Assembly (NCBI GenBank): GCA_963704165.1
Contig: CAVPHD010000010.1
Location: 32,001-96,000, forward strand
Source of the DNA: an uncultured delta proteobacterium
Lineage (GTDB): Bacteria; Myxococcota_A; UBA9160; SZUA-336
Reading direction: 5' to 3'
DNA: 64,000 nucleotides
A program made the translations under genes and the position numbers. Position 1 is the stretch's first letter. The number at the start of each line of letters is the position of its first letter. The notes under the pieces are model-generated. The model was not told the origin of the DNA and did not search any database. It saw only the letters and a program-made list of their open reading frames with translations. This document shows positions 36,445 to 46,693 of this stretch, piece after piece.

Positions 36445-37139
36445 TGTCGATGTCGCTGTCGATCGTGATTCCGGTCTACAACGAGCGGCAGACGCTCGAT
36501 CTGGTCCTGGAGCGCGTCCGCGCGCTGCCGCTCACGAAGGAGATCATCCTCGTCGACGACGGCTCGACCGACGGCTCGCGCGAGAGACTCCGTGAGCTCG
36601 AGGGACTTCCCGAAGTTCGCGTTCTCTTTCACGAGCGGAATCAGGGCAAGGGGGCCGCGATCCGCACCGGCATCGCGGCGGCGACGATGGACCTCGTGGT
36701 GATTCAGGACGCCGACCTCGAGTACGACCCGGACGAGCTTCCGAAGCTGATGGCTCCGATCCTCGCGGGAAAAGCCGACGTGGTCTTCGGCTCGCGTTTC
36801 ATCGGCAGTGAGCCGCACCGCGTCCTGTACTTCTGGCACATGGTGGTGAACCGGCTCCTGACGCTCGCATCCAACGTGCTGACGAACCTGAACCTGACCG
36901 ACATCGAGAGCTGCTACAAGATGTTCCGCCGCGACGTGATCCAGTCGATCACGATCGAGGAGTCGCGCTTCGGCGTCGAGCCCGAGCTGACGGCCAAGGT
37001 CGCGAGGATGCACTGCCGGATCTACGAGGTCGGCATCTCGTACTCCGGACGCACGTACGAAGAGGGAAAGAAGATCGGCTGGCGCGACGGCGTCCGCGCG
37101 ATCTGGTGCATCCTCAAGTACAACCTGCGGCGCAGCTGA
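36444..37139 (+). CDS. GT2 glycosyltransferase (DPM1-like, polyprenol-phosphate)
   Basis: [37 protein letters not shown] and [10 protein letters not shown] motifs. Confidence 0.9.
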   Translation: MSMSLSIVIPVYNERQTLDLVLERVRALPLTKEIILVDDGSTDGSRERLRELEGLPEVRVLFHERNQGKGAAIRTGIAAATMDLVVIQDADLEYDPDELPKLMAPILAGKADVVFGSRFIGSEPHRVLYFWHMVVNRLLTLASNVLTNLNLTDIESCYKMFRRDVIQSITIEESRFGVEPELTAKVARMHCRIYEVGISYSGRTYEEGKKIGWRDGVRAIWCILKYNLRRS

Positions 37140-37143
37140 ACGG

Positions 37144-38646
37144 ATGACCGCGATCGACGAGGGACCGGGACGCGGCGCAGGCGGCGTCGTTCGAAGCCTG
37201 CGCGAGCGCGCGACGCGCGGAACCATCATCTCGCTCGGCGGTCAGTTCCTGGCGCAGCTCTTGCGGATGATCTCGAATCTCGTGCTCTCGCGGCTGCTCT
37301 TTCCCGAGGCGTTCGGACTCATGGCCCTCGTGTCGCTGGTGCTGATCGCGATCGAGCAGATCATCAACATCGGCACGCACAGCACCGTGATCCGGCACGA
37401 GCGCGGCGACGACCCGAGCTTCCTCGATACCGCGTGGACGATCCAGGTCGGCCGCGGCCTGATCGTCTGGGTCGGAGTCAGCGCGCTGGCGCCGCTGCTC
37501 GCGAGCTTCTACCAGGAGCCGCAGCTCGCATCCCTGCTCCCCGTCGCGCTGCTGTCTCTCGTGATCGGAAGCTTCGGCTCGATGAAGATCGCGTTGCTCT
37601 ACCGCCGGCTCGAGCTCGGACGCCGCGTGGCGATCGAGCTGGTCGCTCAGGTGGCGACGATCGGGGTCGCGATCACGCTCGCCTGGATCTTCCACTCGGT
37701 CTGGGCGCTCGTGATCGGCGGTCTGGTGAACCAGGCGACGCGCACCGTGCTGAGCCACACCTGGATTCCCGGCCGACGCGATCGCCTCGGCTGGGATCGC
37801 AGCGCCGCGCGGGAGCTGATCTCGTTCGGGAAGTGGGTGTTCGCGTCGAGCGGCTTCTCGTTCCTGGCGGCACAGCTCGACGTCGCGATCCTCGGTCGGC
37901 TGGCCTCGCTCGGCGATCTCGGTGTCTACATGATCGGGATGACCGTCCCCAACCTGCTGCGCGAGCTGCTCGGCCAGGTCTCGGGTTCGGTCCTGATGCC
38001 GGCCTTGTCCGAGGCGAATCGCTCGGGCACTTCGTCGATCCAACGCGCCTACGAGGCCACGCGCCGGGTCACGTTGCCCACCGCCGTTGTCGTCACGCTC
38101 ACCTCGGTCGTGATCGCGCCGGTGTTCTTCGGAAATCTCTACGACTCCCGGTATGCCGACGCTGGCTGGATCGCACAGCTCGGCGCCTTCCGGCTCTGGT
38201 TCGGCTACCTGCAGGTGACGGCCTGCTCCACCCTGTTCGCCTACGGCGACGCGCGCATCTGGGCGGTTTCGAGCGGCCTCGCCGCGGCGGTCACGCTCGT
38301 CGGCTGCATCGTGGGATTTCAGATCTCCGGCATCGTCGGGCTGATCCTCGGTCTCAGCGTCGGCACGTTCGCCGGCTACGTGGTCGCGGTGATCCAGCTC
38401 GAAAGGCACGCGCTCGCGAGCGTGCGCCCCGAGATCGGCTACGCGCTCGTCGCCGCCGGTCTCGCGATCGCGGTTCTCGGCGCCGAGCGCATCACGGCGG
38501 ATCTGCTTCCGGAGCTGATCCCGGGCTTCCGCACGCTCGTCTGCGGCACCGTCATCGTCGGGCCGTTCGCGCTCTGGGCGGGCGCGCGCGCGCTCGGCGT
38601 CGTCCGCGGGGCTCGAGTGCGGGGGTCAGCGCCCGAGCAGGCGTGA
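37144..38646 (+). CDS. wzx: oligosaccharide flippase (Wzx/PST family)
   Basis: Polytopic; LSRLLFPEAFGL, TAWTIQ, ELISFGKW and LGVY motifs. Confidence 0.85.
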   Translation: MTAIDEGPGRGAGGVVRSLRERATRGTIISLGGQFLAQLLRMISNLVLSRLLFPEAFGLMALVSLVLIAIEQIINIGTHSTVIRHERGDDPSFLDTAWTIQVGRGLIVWVGVSALAPLLASFYQEPQLASLLPVALLSLVIGSFGSMKIALLYRRLELGRRVAIELVAQVATIGVAITLAWIFHSVWALVIGGLVNQATRTVLSHTWIPGRRDRLGWDRSAARELISFGKWVFASSGFSFLAAQLDVAILGRLASLGDLGVYMIGMTVPNLLRELLGQVSGSVLMPALSEANRSGTSSIQRAYEATRRVTLPTAVVVTLTSVVIAPVFFGNLYDSRYADAGWIAQLGAFRLWFGYLQVTACSTLFAYGDARIWAVSSGLAAAVTLVGCIVGFQISGIVGLILGLSVGTFAGYVVAVIQLERHALASVRPEIGYALVAAGLAIAVLGAERITADLLPELIPGFRTLVCGTVIVGPFALWAGARALGVVRGARVRGSAPEQA

Positions 38647-39372
38647 TGCCAGCCGGCGCAGCTTCGCGCGCACGCCGGCGTACTCGACGAAGATCTCGCT
38701 GCGCACGAAGGTCTGGCCCGTCGGTCCGCCCGACGGAAGGCTCGCGACCACGCGCGCGTGCGGGTACGCCTCCATCGGATCCTCGCCGCTCTCGCTCATG
38801 CGCGTCCGGAACACGCCGGGCAGGAGCTCGTTCACGAGCACGTCGGGATATCGCGCACGGTCGATCTCGGCCGCCAACGACTTGGTGAGCACGGGCACCG
38901 CCGCCTTCGAGGTGGAATAGGCGGAGGCTCCCTCGATCGGCCCGCGCCAGGCGAAGCTGCCGATGTTGAGGATGCGCCCGTGACCGCGCTCGAGCATTCC
39001 GGGCAGGATCGCGCGGCAGCAACGCGCCATGCCGATCACGTTCGTCTCGATCACTTCCGCCCACTCGCGGCTCGACGACTCCAGGAATCGCAGCTTCGGG
39101 TACAGCGCCGCGTTGTTCACCAGGATGTCGACGCGCCCGTGACGCTGCATCGTCTCGGCGAAGAGCCGATCGACGTCGGCGTCCGACGCGACGCTTCCGA
39201 CGACGGCGTGCATCCGCCCCGGACCGCAGAGCTCCGCGGTGCGAGCGAGATCCGCCGCGGTGCGGCTGATGCCGACGACGTGCGCGCCGTCGCGTGCGAA
39301 GCCGACGGCGAATCCACGGCCGACGCCGGAGCCCGCCCCGGTGACCACGACTACCTTCCCGTTGAAGATCAC
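38626..39372 (-). CDS. short-chain dehydrogenase/reductase
   Basis: TGAGSGVG, LVNNAA and YSTSK motifs; GTG at 39372 overlaps the GMC stop. Confidence 0.88.
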   Translation of the reverse strand: MIFNGKVVVVTGAGSGVGRGFAVGFARDGAHVVGISRTAADLARTAELCGPGRMHAVVGSVASDADVDRLFAETMQRHGRVDILVNNAALYPKLRFLESSSREWAEVIETNVIGMARCCRAILPGMLERGHGRILNIGSFAWRGPIEGASAYSTSKAAVPVLTKSLAAEIDRARYPDVLVNELLPGVFRTRMSESGEDPMEAYPHARVVASLPSGGPTGQTFVRSEIFVEYAGVRAKLRRLASRLLGR

Positions 39373-41006
39373 GTCTCTCCCTCTCCGCGCCCGCGGTCGA
39401 ACTCGATGTGGATGGCGTCCGCCACGCGCAGGGCATTCGCCGCGATCGTCAGACTCGGGTTCGTGCCCCCGCTCGACGGAAAGAACGACGAGTCCACGAC
39501 GTAGACGTTGTCGAGGTCGTGCGTGCGGTTGTTCCGATCGAGCACGCTCCGCTCCGGATCGGTCCCGAAGCGGCAGGTTCCACAGGCGTGGCCGAAGTTG
39601 AGGTTGTTCTCGCCCGAGAGCACGGCCAGACGCGTTCGCCCGAGCCGCTCGGTCAACCGACGCCGCAGCCACTGATTCCGGCGGCGCAGCTCTTCGGGAT
39701 AGTCGTACTCGAAGCGCATTCCGCTCGGGCTCCGCGGATCCGGAACGACGCGGTTCTCGGGATAGGGAAGATCCTCGACGATCGGACAGATCACGGCGGC
39801 GTGTTTGAAGAAGCGCGCCGCCACCAGGGCGACGAACGGAAGCAACGGACGCGAGAGCCGCATCCACCAGCGCCGCTCGCGATCGAACATCTGGCGGAGG
39901 TACCCGAGCACCACGCCCCACCCGACCTCGATGCCGACGGACTGGATCGTTCCGAGCTTCTGCCCTTCGCAGAAGTAGAAGTCGTTCAGCGCGAGGGACT
40001 TCTTCGGACCCTCCGGCGAGAGCCGGCCGCTCGACCGCACCGCGATGAAATCGCCGGTGTGGAGCATCAGGTTGCGTCCGACGAGACCCGACGAGTTCGC
40101 GAGCCCGTCCGGCCGCGCGTCGTCGCGGGAGTTCAGGAGCAGGATCGGAGTCATGAATGCGCCCGCGGCGAGCACCACGATGCGAGCCCGGATGCGGCGC
40201 TCCACGCCGCGATGGGTACAGATCACCTGCCGAACGCCGGACCCGTCCGCGGCGAGCCGGGTGACCTCGCACTCGGGCAGGATCTTCGCGTCGTGCTTCT
40301 TTAGCGCGGGCATCAGGCAGATCGTGCCCGCGTCGCTCTTGCATGCCCGCGGGCAGAGCGCGCCCCCGCACTCGAAGCAACCGTCGACGAACTCGCACCC
40401 GACGTGGACACGATACGGGTGCAGCCCGACGCCGCGAAGGAACTCGGAGAGCTCCTGATCGCGCGCGCTGAGCGGTGGCGGCGACAGGAGTCCGACGCCG
40501 TAGCCCGGGCGCAGCGGATCCTCACCCCCGCGAACGCGGTACAGCCTCTCGGCGAGATCGTAATAGGGCGCGAGCTCGTCGTAGCTGATCGGCCAGGTCT
40601 CGGGCAGATCCGCGCCGGCCACGTCGGGGAAGTTCCGCTTCGGAGTGAAATCCTCGGGCGCCAGGCGTTCGAGCGCCGCGCCATACAGCGACGTCGAGCC
40701 GCCCGAGCCGCAGCCGAGCGGCGCGAAGAACTCGAGATGGCCGAAGCTCGTATCGCCTTCGAGCGGTGTCGGCCAACGTCCACGGCGCAGCCGCGCGTCG
40801 GGCTCGTCGGAGGCGTCGGGATCCATGCGCCCGTCACCGCGATCCGCCTCCTGGTGCAGGAACCGGCCCTTCTCGAGGAACAGAACCCGGTGCCCCGCCT
40901 TGGCGAGCGCGTAGCCGGCCGTGGCCCCGCCCATTCCCGTACCGACGACCACGACGTCCCAGAGCGTCGCCTCGGGATCGTCGGGGATCTGCTTGGGATC
41001 GCTCAC
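39369..41006 (-). CDS. GMC family FAD oxidoreductase
   Basis: VVGTGMGG, GSGGST, CxxCxxxxCxxxCK, LVGRNLMLH, HACGTCRFG and NPSLTIAANALR motifs. Confidence 0.88.
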   Translation of the reverse strand: MSDPKQIPDDPEATLWDVVVVGTGMGGATAGYALAKAGHRVLFLEKGRFLHQEADRGDGRMDPDASDEPDARLRRGRWPTPLEGDTSFGHLEFFAPLGCGSGGSTSLYGAALERLAPEDFTPKRNFPDVAGADLPETWPISYDELAPYYDLAERLYRVRGGEDPLRPGYGVGLLSPPPLSARDQELSEFLRGVGLHPYRVHVGCEFVDGCFECGGALCPRACKSDAGTICLMPALKKHDAKILPECEVTRLAADGSGVRQVICTHRGVERRIRARIVVLAAGAFMTPILLLNSRDDARPDGLANSSGLVGRNLMLHTGDFIAVRSSGRLSPEGPKKSLALNDFYFCEGQKLGTIQSVGIEVGWGVVLGYLRQMFDRERRWWMRLSRPLLPFVALVAARFFKHAAVICPIVEDLPYPENRVVPDPRSPSGMRFEYDYPEELRRRNQWLRRRLTERLGRTRLAVLSGENNLNFGHACGTCRFGTDPERSVLDRNNRTHDLDNVYVVDSSFFPSSGGTNPSLTIAANALRVADAIHIEFDRGRGEGET

Positions 41007-42382
41007 GGGCGCACCTCCGCTCTCGTGCGGATCAGATCCTGCGCGATCGCGACCTCGCTCGCGAGCCGCGCGGCGAGGTCCTGGCCCGCTTCGTTCCAGT
41101 GATCGTCCACGCCCTTCAAGTACAGCTCGTCGGCTCCGTGCTCCGAGAAGGGCCCGAAGAGGTTCAGGAACGGAACCCGCTGTCGGATGCAGATCTGCTG
41201 GAGAACGTCGGTGAGCGTCGATCGTCGATACGCCGGGTGCGCTCGCGGGTCGACCTCTCCGCTCTCGTGCCCGTCCACCACGTCGACGGGAGACGGAATC
41301 AACACGAGAAGAAGCGGCAGCTGCAGGTCGGCCGTCGTTTCGCGCATCCGTGCGATGATCTGCTCCATCAGCGCCACCCGGTAACGCGCGGAGTCACTCT
41401 CTGGAGCGAGACTCACGTCGGCGTTGTACGGATCGCTCAAGAGCTCGTGAACGACGTCGTCACCGAGGACCACGTATTCGCGGTACTCGCGGACGAGCTG
41501 TTCGAGCGACCTCTCGACGCGCTCGATCCGCGCCTCGCGTCCGGTCGGGATCGCCGCATCTCCCGCGCCGGAGATCCGGCGAAGGGCGTCGCGGAGCGCC
41601 TTCTTGAGAATCAGCTCGCTTCGCGACACGGCCACGCGTCTCTCGACCTTCGGATCGAAGCTGAACGCGTTCTCGCGCAGGTCTCCATCGCTCGTCAATC
41701 GGTAGAGCTTGTTGCGGAGGATGTCACCGAAGTCGTTTCCGGCGTAGATCGCGACGATCACCAGATCGGGACGAAGAGCCTCGAGCTCGGCCGTCATGCG
41801 CCGAAGCTCCTGATCGGGACCGTAGCCGGCAACGCCCGCGTTCACGACCTCGACGCGCGACCCGAGGGCTCGCGCGAGATGGAGCTCGAGGCGCTCCGCG
41901 AACGTGTCCTCGGTTCGAGAGAACTCCGCCATGATGAACGAGTCCCCGTAGACGACGACGCGGCTCGACTCGCCCGACGTGGCCAGCTCCTCGCCGCGGA
42001 ATCCGCGGCTGTTCATCGCGTAGCGGACGCGAAGGCCGTCGTTGATCGCGGCTCGCGTGTACTCGCGCTGGCTGCCCGGGCTCGGCCGATACAGGACGCG
42101 GTCGTCGAGCTCGATCGACGTGACGTAGCGCGGGCCGAGCGTGGTCCGCAGCACGGCTTCCGCCGCGGCCCCGGTGAGAGCGACCGACACCAGCAACGTG
42201 AGCGCGCGCGCATTCCACCCGGGCGGCGCAAAGCAGAACGCGCCGATCGCGATGCCGATCGCGAGCAGTCCCGCCTGGGAGAGACCGAAGCCCGGTCCGC
42301 CCCCCACGAATCGGTCGTCGTAGAAAGCGAGCAGGACCAGACCGAGCGAGATCGATGCGGTGACGAGCCGCAGCGCGGTCAC
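41003..42382 (-). CDS. SGNH/GDSL-family protein with several N-terminal TM helices
   Basis: YGDSF, NAGVAGYG, YAGNDF and VDDHWN motifs; GTG at 42382 overlaps the deacetylase stop. Confidence 0.8.
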   Translation of the reverse strand: MTALRLVTASISLGLVLLAFYDDRFVGGGPGFGLSQAGLLAIGIAIGAFCFAPPGWNARALTLLVSVALTGAAAEAVLRTTLGPRYVTSIELDDRVLYRPSPGSQREYTRAAINDGLRVRYAMNSRGFRGEELATSGESSRVVVYGDSFIMAEFSRTEDTFAERLELHLARALGSRVEVVNAGVAGYGPDQELRRMTAELEALRPDLVIVAIYAGNDFGDILRNKLYRLTSDGDLRENAFSFDPKVERRVAVSRSELILKKALRDALRRISGAGDAAIPTGREARIERVERSLEQLVREYREYVVLGDDVVHELLSDPYNADVSLAPESDSARYRVALMEQIIARMRETTADLQLPLLLVLIPSPVDVVDGHESGEVDPRAHPAYRRSTLTDVLQQICIRQRVPFLNLFGPFSEHGADELYLKGVDDHWNEAGQDLAARLASEVAIAQDLIRTRAEVRP

Positions 42383-43260
42383 GGCGCGCTCCGTTCGGGC
42401 CCGGGAGCGATCGGCCGTTGCAGTCGCGACAGTCCGGCATCGACGAGCCACCAGGCGTCCATCGCGCCGTCGCAGAGCCGTGCGAACTGCCGCAGGTCGT
42501 CGCCGTTCTCGACCTTGACGCGCGGGAGCTCGCGGGGGTCCGTGCCCGCGCGGATCGAGCCGTGCTGCGAGGTGAACACGAGCTCGTAGCCCGCCTCCGC
42601 GAGACCGCGGCCGGTGGCGTCGCTGAAATCCGAGCGGGTGCCGTACGGGTAGGCGAAGGCCCGAACCGAAACGCCCAGCTGCGACTCGAGCAATTCGCGC
42701 GCGCGAACGCCCTGCTCTCGCGCCAGCGCGCAGCTCGACGTCCCCATGGACTCGTGCTCGTACCCGTGCGCGCCGGTCGTGATGCCCGCCTCCGCGAGTC
42801 GTCCGACCTCGTCCCAGGTCATGTAGCGCTCGGGCTCGACGCCGGGCGCCGAACGACTGCCGACGCGGCTCGCGGTGACGAACGCCACCGCGGGCACTCG
42901 GTGATCCCGCAAGATGGGAAGCGCGTCGCGAAACGTGCTCAGGTAGCCGTCGTCGATCGTGATCAGCGTCGCACCGTCCGCGAGCGGCCTCTCTCCGGCG
43001 ATGAACTCGCGCAGATCGGTCAGCCCGATCGCGCGTTGATGCTCGGCGAGGAAGCGGACCTGTGCTTCGAAATCGCCACGCGACACGCAGAACGGATCGC
43101 GCGCGATCTCGCCGAAGCGGTGGTACGTGAGCACGCGAACCCGCGCGGCTCCCCGGAGCGAGCGCCTCAGCGCGAGGGCTCCGGATGCGCTCATCGCCAA
43201 CGTCAGGGCTCGCCGGGCGGACTTCTTCGCCATCCATCGCGACCGGGAGACGCCGGTCAC
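42379..43260 (-). CDS. polysaccharide deacetylase (NodB/CE4)
   Basis: LTYHR, ITIDDGY, GAHGYEH and FAYPYG motifs. Confidence 0.88.
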   Translation of the reverse strand: MTGVSRSRWMAKKSARRALTLAMSASGALALRRSLRGAARVRVLTYHRFGEIARDPFCVSRGDFEAQVRFLAEHQRAIGLTDLREFIAGERPLADGATLITIDDGYLSTFRDALPILRDHRVPAVAFVTASRVGSRSAPGVEPERYMTWDEVGRLAEAGITTGAHGYEHESMGTSSCALAREQGVRARELLESQLGVSVRAFAYPYGTRSDFSDATGRGLAEAGYELVFTSQHGSIRAGTDPRELPRVKVENGDDLRQFARLCDGAMDAWWLVDAGLSRLQRPIAPGPERSAP

Positions 43261-44015
43261 ATCCGCCGCCCGAGCCACTTCACGCGTGCCAGCCGCACGA
43301 GAAAGAGCGGGTTCCCGAACACGTAGCGCCGGAACTTCCGCGGCTGCGCGAGCAGCAGGTGCAGCCACTCGAAGCCGAGCCGTCGCAGCCACGCGGGCGC
43401 GCGCACCAGATCCCCCGCCCAGTAATCGAGAAGTCCACCGATGCCCATGCACAGCGGCACCGCGAGCCGTTCGCGCTGCGCGTGGATCCAGAGCTCTTGC
43501 TTCGGATTTCCCATTCCCACGAGCAGAAGGTGCGGGCGGCTCGCGTTGATCTTCTCGACGACGGCGTCGCTGTCGTCGATCTCGACGTAGCCGTGATGAT
43601 GACCGACGAGCTGCCAGCCCGGAAACGCGCGGCGGGCGTGCGCAGCCGCGCGTTCGATCGCGTCGGCCGAGGCGCCGAGCAGGTAGTACCGCAGACCGAG
43701 CTCGCGCCCGAGCAGCGCGGGAGCGAGATCCGTGCCGTTCACGTTGTCGCGCAGGCGCGCACCGTGCAGGAAGCGAACCGCCCAGCGCACGCCGGTGCCG
43801 TCGCCGAAGATCCGGTCCGCCGACGCGAGGACCGCGCGGTACGCGGGATCGGCCCAGGCGAGATTCAGCGTGTGCGCGTTGACGAAGAAGATGCTTCGCG
43901 CGCGCTCGAACTCGCCGCGCATCGCCGACTCGCAGATCTCGAGTGCTTCGTGCATCTCGAGATCCGCGATCGGCACGGCGAAGACCGGTCGCTCGATGAC
44001 GCGTCCTTCCCTCAT
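43257..44015 (-). CDS. WecB/TagA/CpsF family glycosyltransferase (GT26)
   Basis: FVNAH, DGTGV, NGTDL, VGMGNPKQE and RAP..GFEWL..QP motifs. Confidence 0.9.
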   Translation of the reverse strand: MREGRVIERPVFAVPIADLEMHEALEICESAMRGEFERARSIFFVNAHTLNLAWADPAYRAVLASADRIFGDGTGVRWAVRFLHGARLRDNVNGTDLAPALLGRELGLRYYLLGASADAIERAAAHARRAFPGWQLVGHHHGYVEIDDSDAVVEKINASRPHLLLVGMGNPKQELWIHAQRERLAVPLCMGIGGLLDYWAGDLVRAPAWLRRLGFEWLHLLLAQPRKFRRYVFGNPLFLVRLARVKWLGRRM

Positions 44016-44040
44016 CGGTCGGCGGCCACCGGAGCGGAGA

Positions 44041-44256
44041 CTAGAACAGCGTGTAGATGAAGGGCGCGGCGGCCGTGCCTCCGAGCAGGACGAGCAGTCC
44101 GAGCCCGAGGATCGAGATGATGATCGGCGCGAGCCACCACTTCTTGTTGTCCTTCAGAAAGCCCCAGAACTCCGAGACGATTCCGTCGCTGCCGGCGCGG
44201 TTCCCGGACTGCGTGATGAAGTCGCTCTTCCCGTCGGTCTTCTGCTTCTCGGACAC
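44041..44256 (-). CDS. DUF5989 (SxtK-like) small membrane protein
   Basis: EFWGFLKDNKKWWLAPII...GGTAAAPFIYTLF; GTG start behind GGAGG. Confidence 0.85.
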   Translation of the reverse strand: MSEKQKTDGKSDFITQSGNRAGSDGIVSEFWGFLKDNKKWWLAPIIISILGLGLLVLLGGTAAAPFIYTLF

Positions 44257-44267
44257 ACTGGCCTCCG

Positions 44268-44714
44268 TCAGAACTGCTTGAAGTAGGAGTCTCTCGGTCT
44301 CTCGGGCCGCGCGTCCACCCAATAGGTCTTTGCGGACGGCAGGATTCGGCGCTCCATCGGGTCGAATCCGAACAGGCGCATCACGACCCCGATCGGCGCG
44401 ATCACGACGTAGAAGAGCGTCGCCATGATCACGTAGGAGAGCACGAAGCCGATCGGAAAGGCGGCGATCGTGAGCCCGAGGTAGATCGGCAGGTTCGCCT
44501 TCGGAAAGACCAGAGAGAAGAAGGCCGAGACGGCGGCGACGGCCGCGAGGCCGAGTGACACCGACGCCCGCGTGCCCTCGGCGAGGTACGCGAACGCGAG
44601 CCAGCCGTTCCACGCGAGCAGCGCGAGCAAGCCGAAGCCGGCGAGCGCGATCCAGCCGAACTGGCGCAGCGTGCGGACATCGGGGCGGAGATTGAGATCG
44701 ATCATCTGTGACAT
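44268..44714 (-). CDS. SxtJ family membrane protein
   Basis: LRQFG, several TM helices, FY..IAPIG..RLFG.DP and TYW...YFKQF; lies between the carbamoyltransferase and DUF5989. Confidence 0.8.
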   Translation of the reverse strand: MSQMIDLNLRPDVRTLRQFGWIALAGFGLLALLAWNGWLAFAYLAEGTRASVSLGLAAVAAVSAFFSLVFPKANLPIYLGLTIAAFPIGFVLSYVIMATLFYVVIAPIGVVMRLFGFDPMERRILPSAKTYWVDARPERPRDSYFKQF

Positions 44715-44726
44715 CGACTTCTCCGC

Positions 44727-46556
44727 CTAGTCGTTTCCGAACTCGGCCAGATACGCCGCCACGTCGATCTCCTTGGCCTCGGGCTGCTCGGTCTTGAGCA
44801 GCACGTAGTTCTCGAGCACGAGCGCATCCATGTTCGTGTGCATGAAGCAGCGGTACGAATCGGACGGGGTGTTCACGATCGGTTCGCCGCGCACGTTGAA
44901 GCTCGTGTTGATCAGAACCGGGCTTCCGGTCAGCCGCTTGAACGCCTGCGCGATGCCGTAGAAGCGCGGATTGCGCTCGGGATCGATCGTCTGAACGCGC
45001 GCCGAGTTGTCCACGTGCGTGATGGCGGGCACGACGGAGCGGACCTGCTTCAGCTTGTCGAGCCCCTTCTCGCCGCGGCTCTCGATCGGCAGGAGCTTTT
45101 CGGTCCGGACCGGCGCGACGAGAAGCATGTACGGACTGTCCTCGTTCTCGCGCATCTCGAAGTAGGTCGAGACGTCCTCGCGCAGAACGGCCGGGGCGAA
45201 GGGGCGGAACGACTCGCGGAACTTGATCTTCACGTTCATCACGGACTGCATCTTGCGCGAGCGCGCATCGCCGAGAATCGAACGCGCGCCGAGCGCGCGG
45301 GGACCGAACTCCATCCGGCCGGCGCAGTGCCCGACCACGTTCTCGGCGGCGATCAGCTCGGCGACCGCCGCGCAGAGCGAAGCCTCGTCGGGGTAGTGCC
45401 GGTACACGGCGCCCTGTTGGTCGAGAAACGCGCGGATCTCGGAGTTGGAGTACGCGGGTCCGAGCAGCGATCCGCTCTGCAGATCCTTTCCCGCCGGCTC
45501 GCGCTTGTTCTCGAGCAGCTGGTACCAGACGAAGGTGGCCGCCCCGAGCGCCCCGCCGGCGTCACCTGCCGCGGGCTGGATCCAGACGTTCTCGAACGGG
45601 CCGTCGCGCAGGATCTTGCCGTTGCCGACGCAGTTCAACGCCACGCCTCCGGCGAGACAGAGGTTGGGAAGACCCGTGAGCTCGTGGGCGTGGCGCGCAA
45701 TGCGCACCATGATCTCCTCGGTGACGAGCTGGATCGAGGCGGCGAGATCCATCTCGCGCTGCGTGATCGGGGATTCGGCGGCACGCGGCGGACCGCCGAA
45801 GAGCGTGTCGAACTTCTTCGACGTCATCACGTCCTTGTGCGTGTACGCGAAGTACGACATGTCCATGCGGAAGGACCCGTCGTCCTTGACGTCGAGCATC
45901 TTCTCGCGGATCAGGTCCGCGTAGATCGGCTCGCCGTACGGCGCGAGGCCCATCAGCTTGTACTCGCCGCTGTTCACCCGGAAGCCCGTGAAGTAGGTGA
46001 AGGCCGAGTACAGAAGCCCGAGCGAGTGCGGGAACCGCAGCTCCTTTCGCATCTCGATCTTGTTCCCGCGGCCGACGGCGATGCTGCCGGTTGCCCACTC
46101 GCCGACACCGTCGAGCGTCAGGATCGCGGCCTCGTCGAATGGCGACGGGAAGAACGCGCTGGCGGCGTGCGACTCGTGGTGCTCGAGGAAGACGTAGCGG
46201 CCCTTGTACTTCCCCTCGAGCCCGGCATCGAGCTCACGCGGCGTGTAGAGCTTCTGCTTCAGCCAGAGCGGAAGCCCCATCAGGAACAGACGGAAACCCA
46301 CGGGCGCATAGGCCACGTACGTTTCGAGCAGCCGGTCGAACTTGAGAAGCGGCTTGTCGTAGAACGCGACCAGATCGAGATCCTCGGTCCGGATTCCGCC
46401 CTCGCGCAGGCAGTACTCGATCGCCCTGGCCGGGAAGCGGTAATCGTGCTTCTTGCGGGTGAAGCGCTCTTCCTGGGCTGCGGCCACGATCCGGCCGTCC
46501 TGGAGCAAGCACGCGGCGCTGTCGTGGTAGTAGGCAGATATCCCGAGAATGTTCAT
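44727..46556 (-). CDS. O-carbamoyltransferase (NodU/CmcH/SxtI family)
   Basis: ILGISAYYHDSAA, EERFTRKKH, EHHESHA, GEYKLMGLAPYG, AGGVALN, EFGPRALG, KFRESFRPFAP and NTSFNVRGEP motifs. Confidence 0.95.
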   Translation of the reverse strand: MNILGISAYYHDSAACLLQDGRIVAAAQEERFTRKKHDYRFPARAIEYCLREGGIRTEDLDLVAFYDKPLLKFDRLLETYVAYAPVGFRLFLMGLPLWLKQKLYTPRELDAGLEGKYKGRYVFLEHHESHAASAFFPSPFDEAAILTLDGVGEWATGSIAVGRGNKIEMRKELRFPHSLGLLYSAFTYFTGFRVNSGEYKLMGLAPYGEPIYADLIREKMLDVKDDGSFRMDMSYFAYTHKDVMTSKKFDTLFGGPPRAAESPITQREMDLAASIQLVTEEIMVRIARHAHELTGLPNLCLAGGVALNCVGNGKILRDGPFENVWIQPAAGDAGGALGAATFVWYQLLENKREPAGKDLQSGSLLGPAYSNSEIRAFLDQQGAVYRHYPDEASLCAAVAELIAAENVVGHCAGRMEFGPRALGARSILGDARSRKMQSVMNVKIKFRESFRPFAPAVLREDVSTYFEMRENEDSPYMLLVAPVRTEKLLPIESRGEKGLDKLKQVRSVVPAITHVDNSARVQTIDPERNPRFYGIAQAFKRLTGSPVLINTSFNVRGEPIVNTPSDSYRCFMHTNMDALVLENYVLLKTEQPEAKEIDVAAYLAEFGND

Positions 46557-46693
46557 TCGCTTCTCCGGCCGGATCGCGCAGACGACAGGCGCACGCTCCC
46601 GCGTGAGCGGATCGGCCCACGGGCCGCACACTTGAGCGCGGCCACCGCGCTTGCCCCTGATCCGCGCAACGCATGATACCGGGCGACTCGCAC

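Noticed and set aside
44041..46556. Saxitoxin cluster, suggested by SxtI/J/K-like genes
   Set aside because: No sxtA, sxtG or other core genes; the context is glycan biosynthesis.
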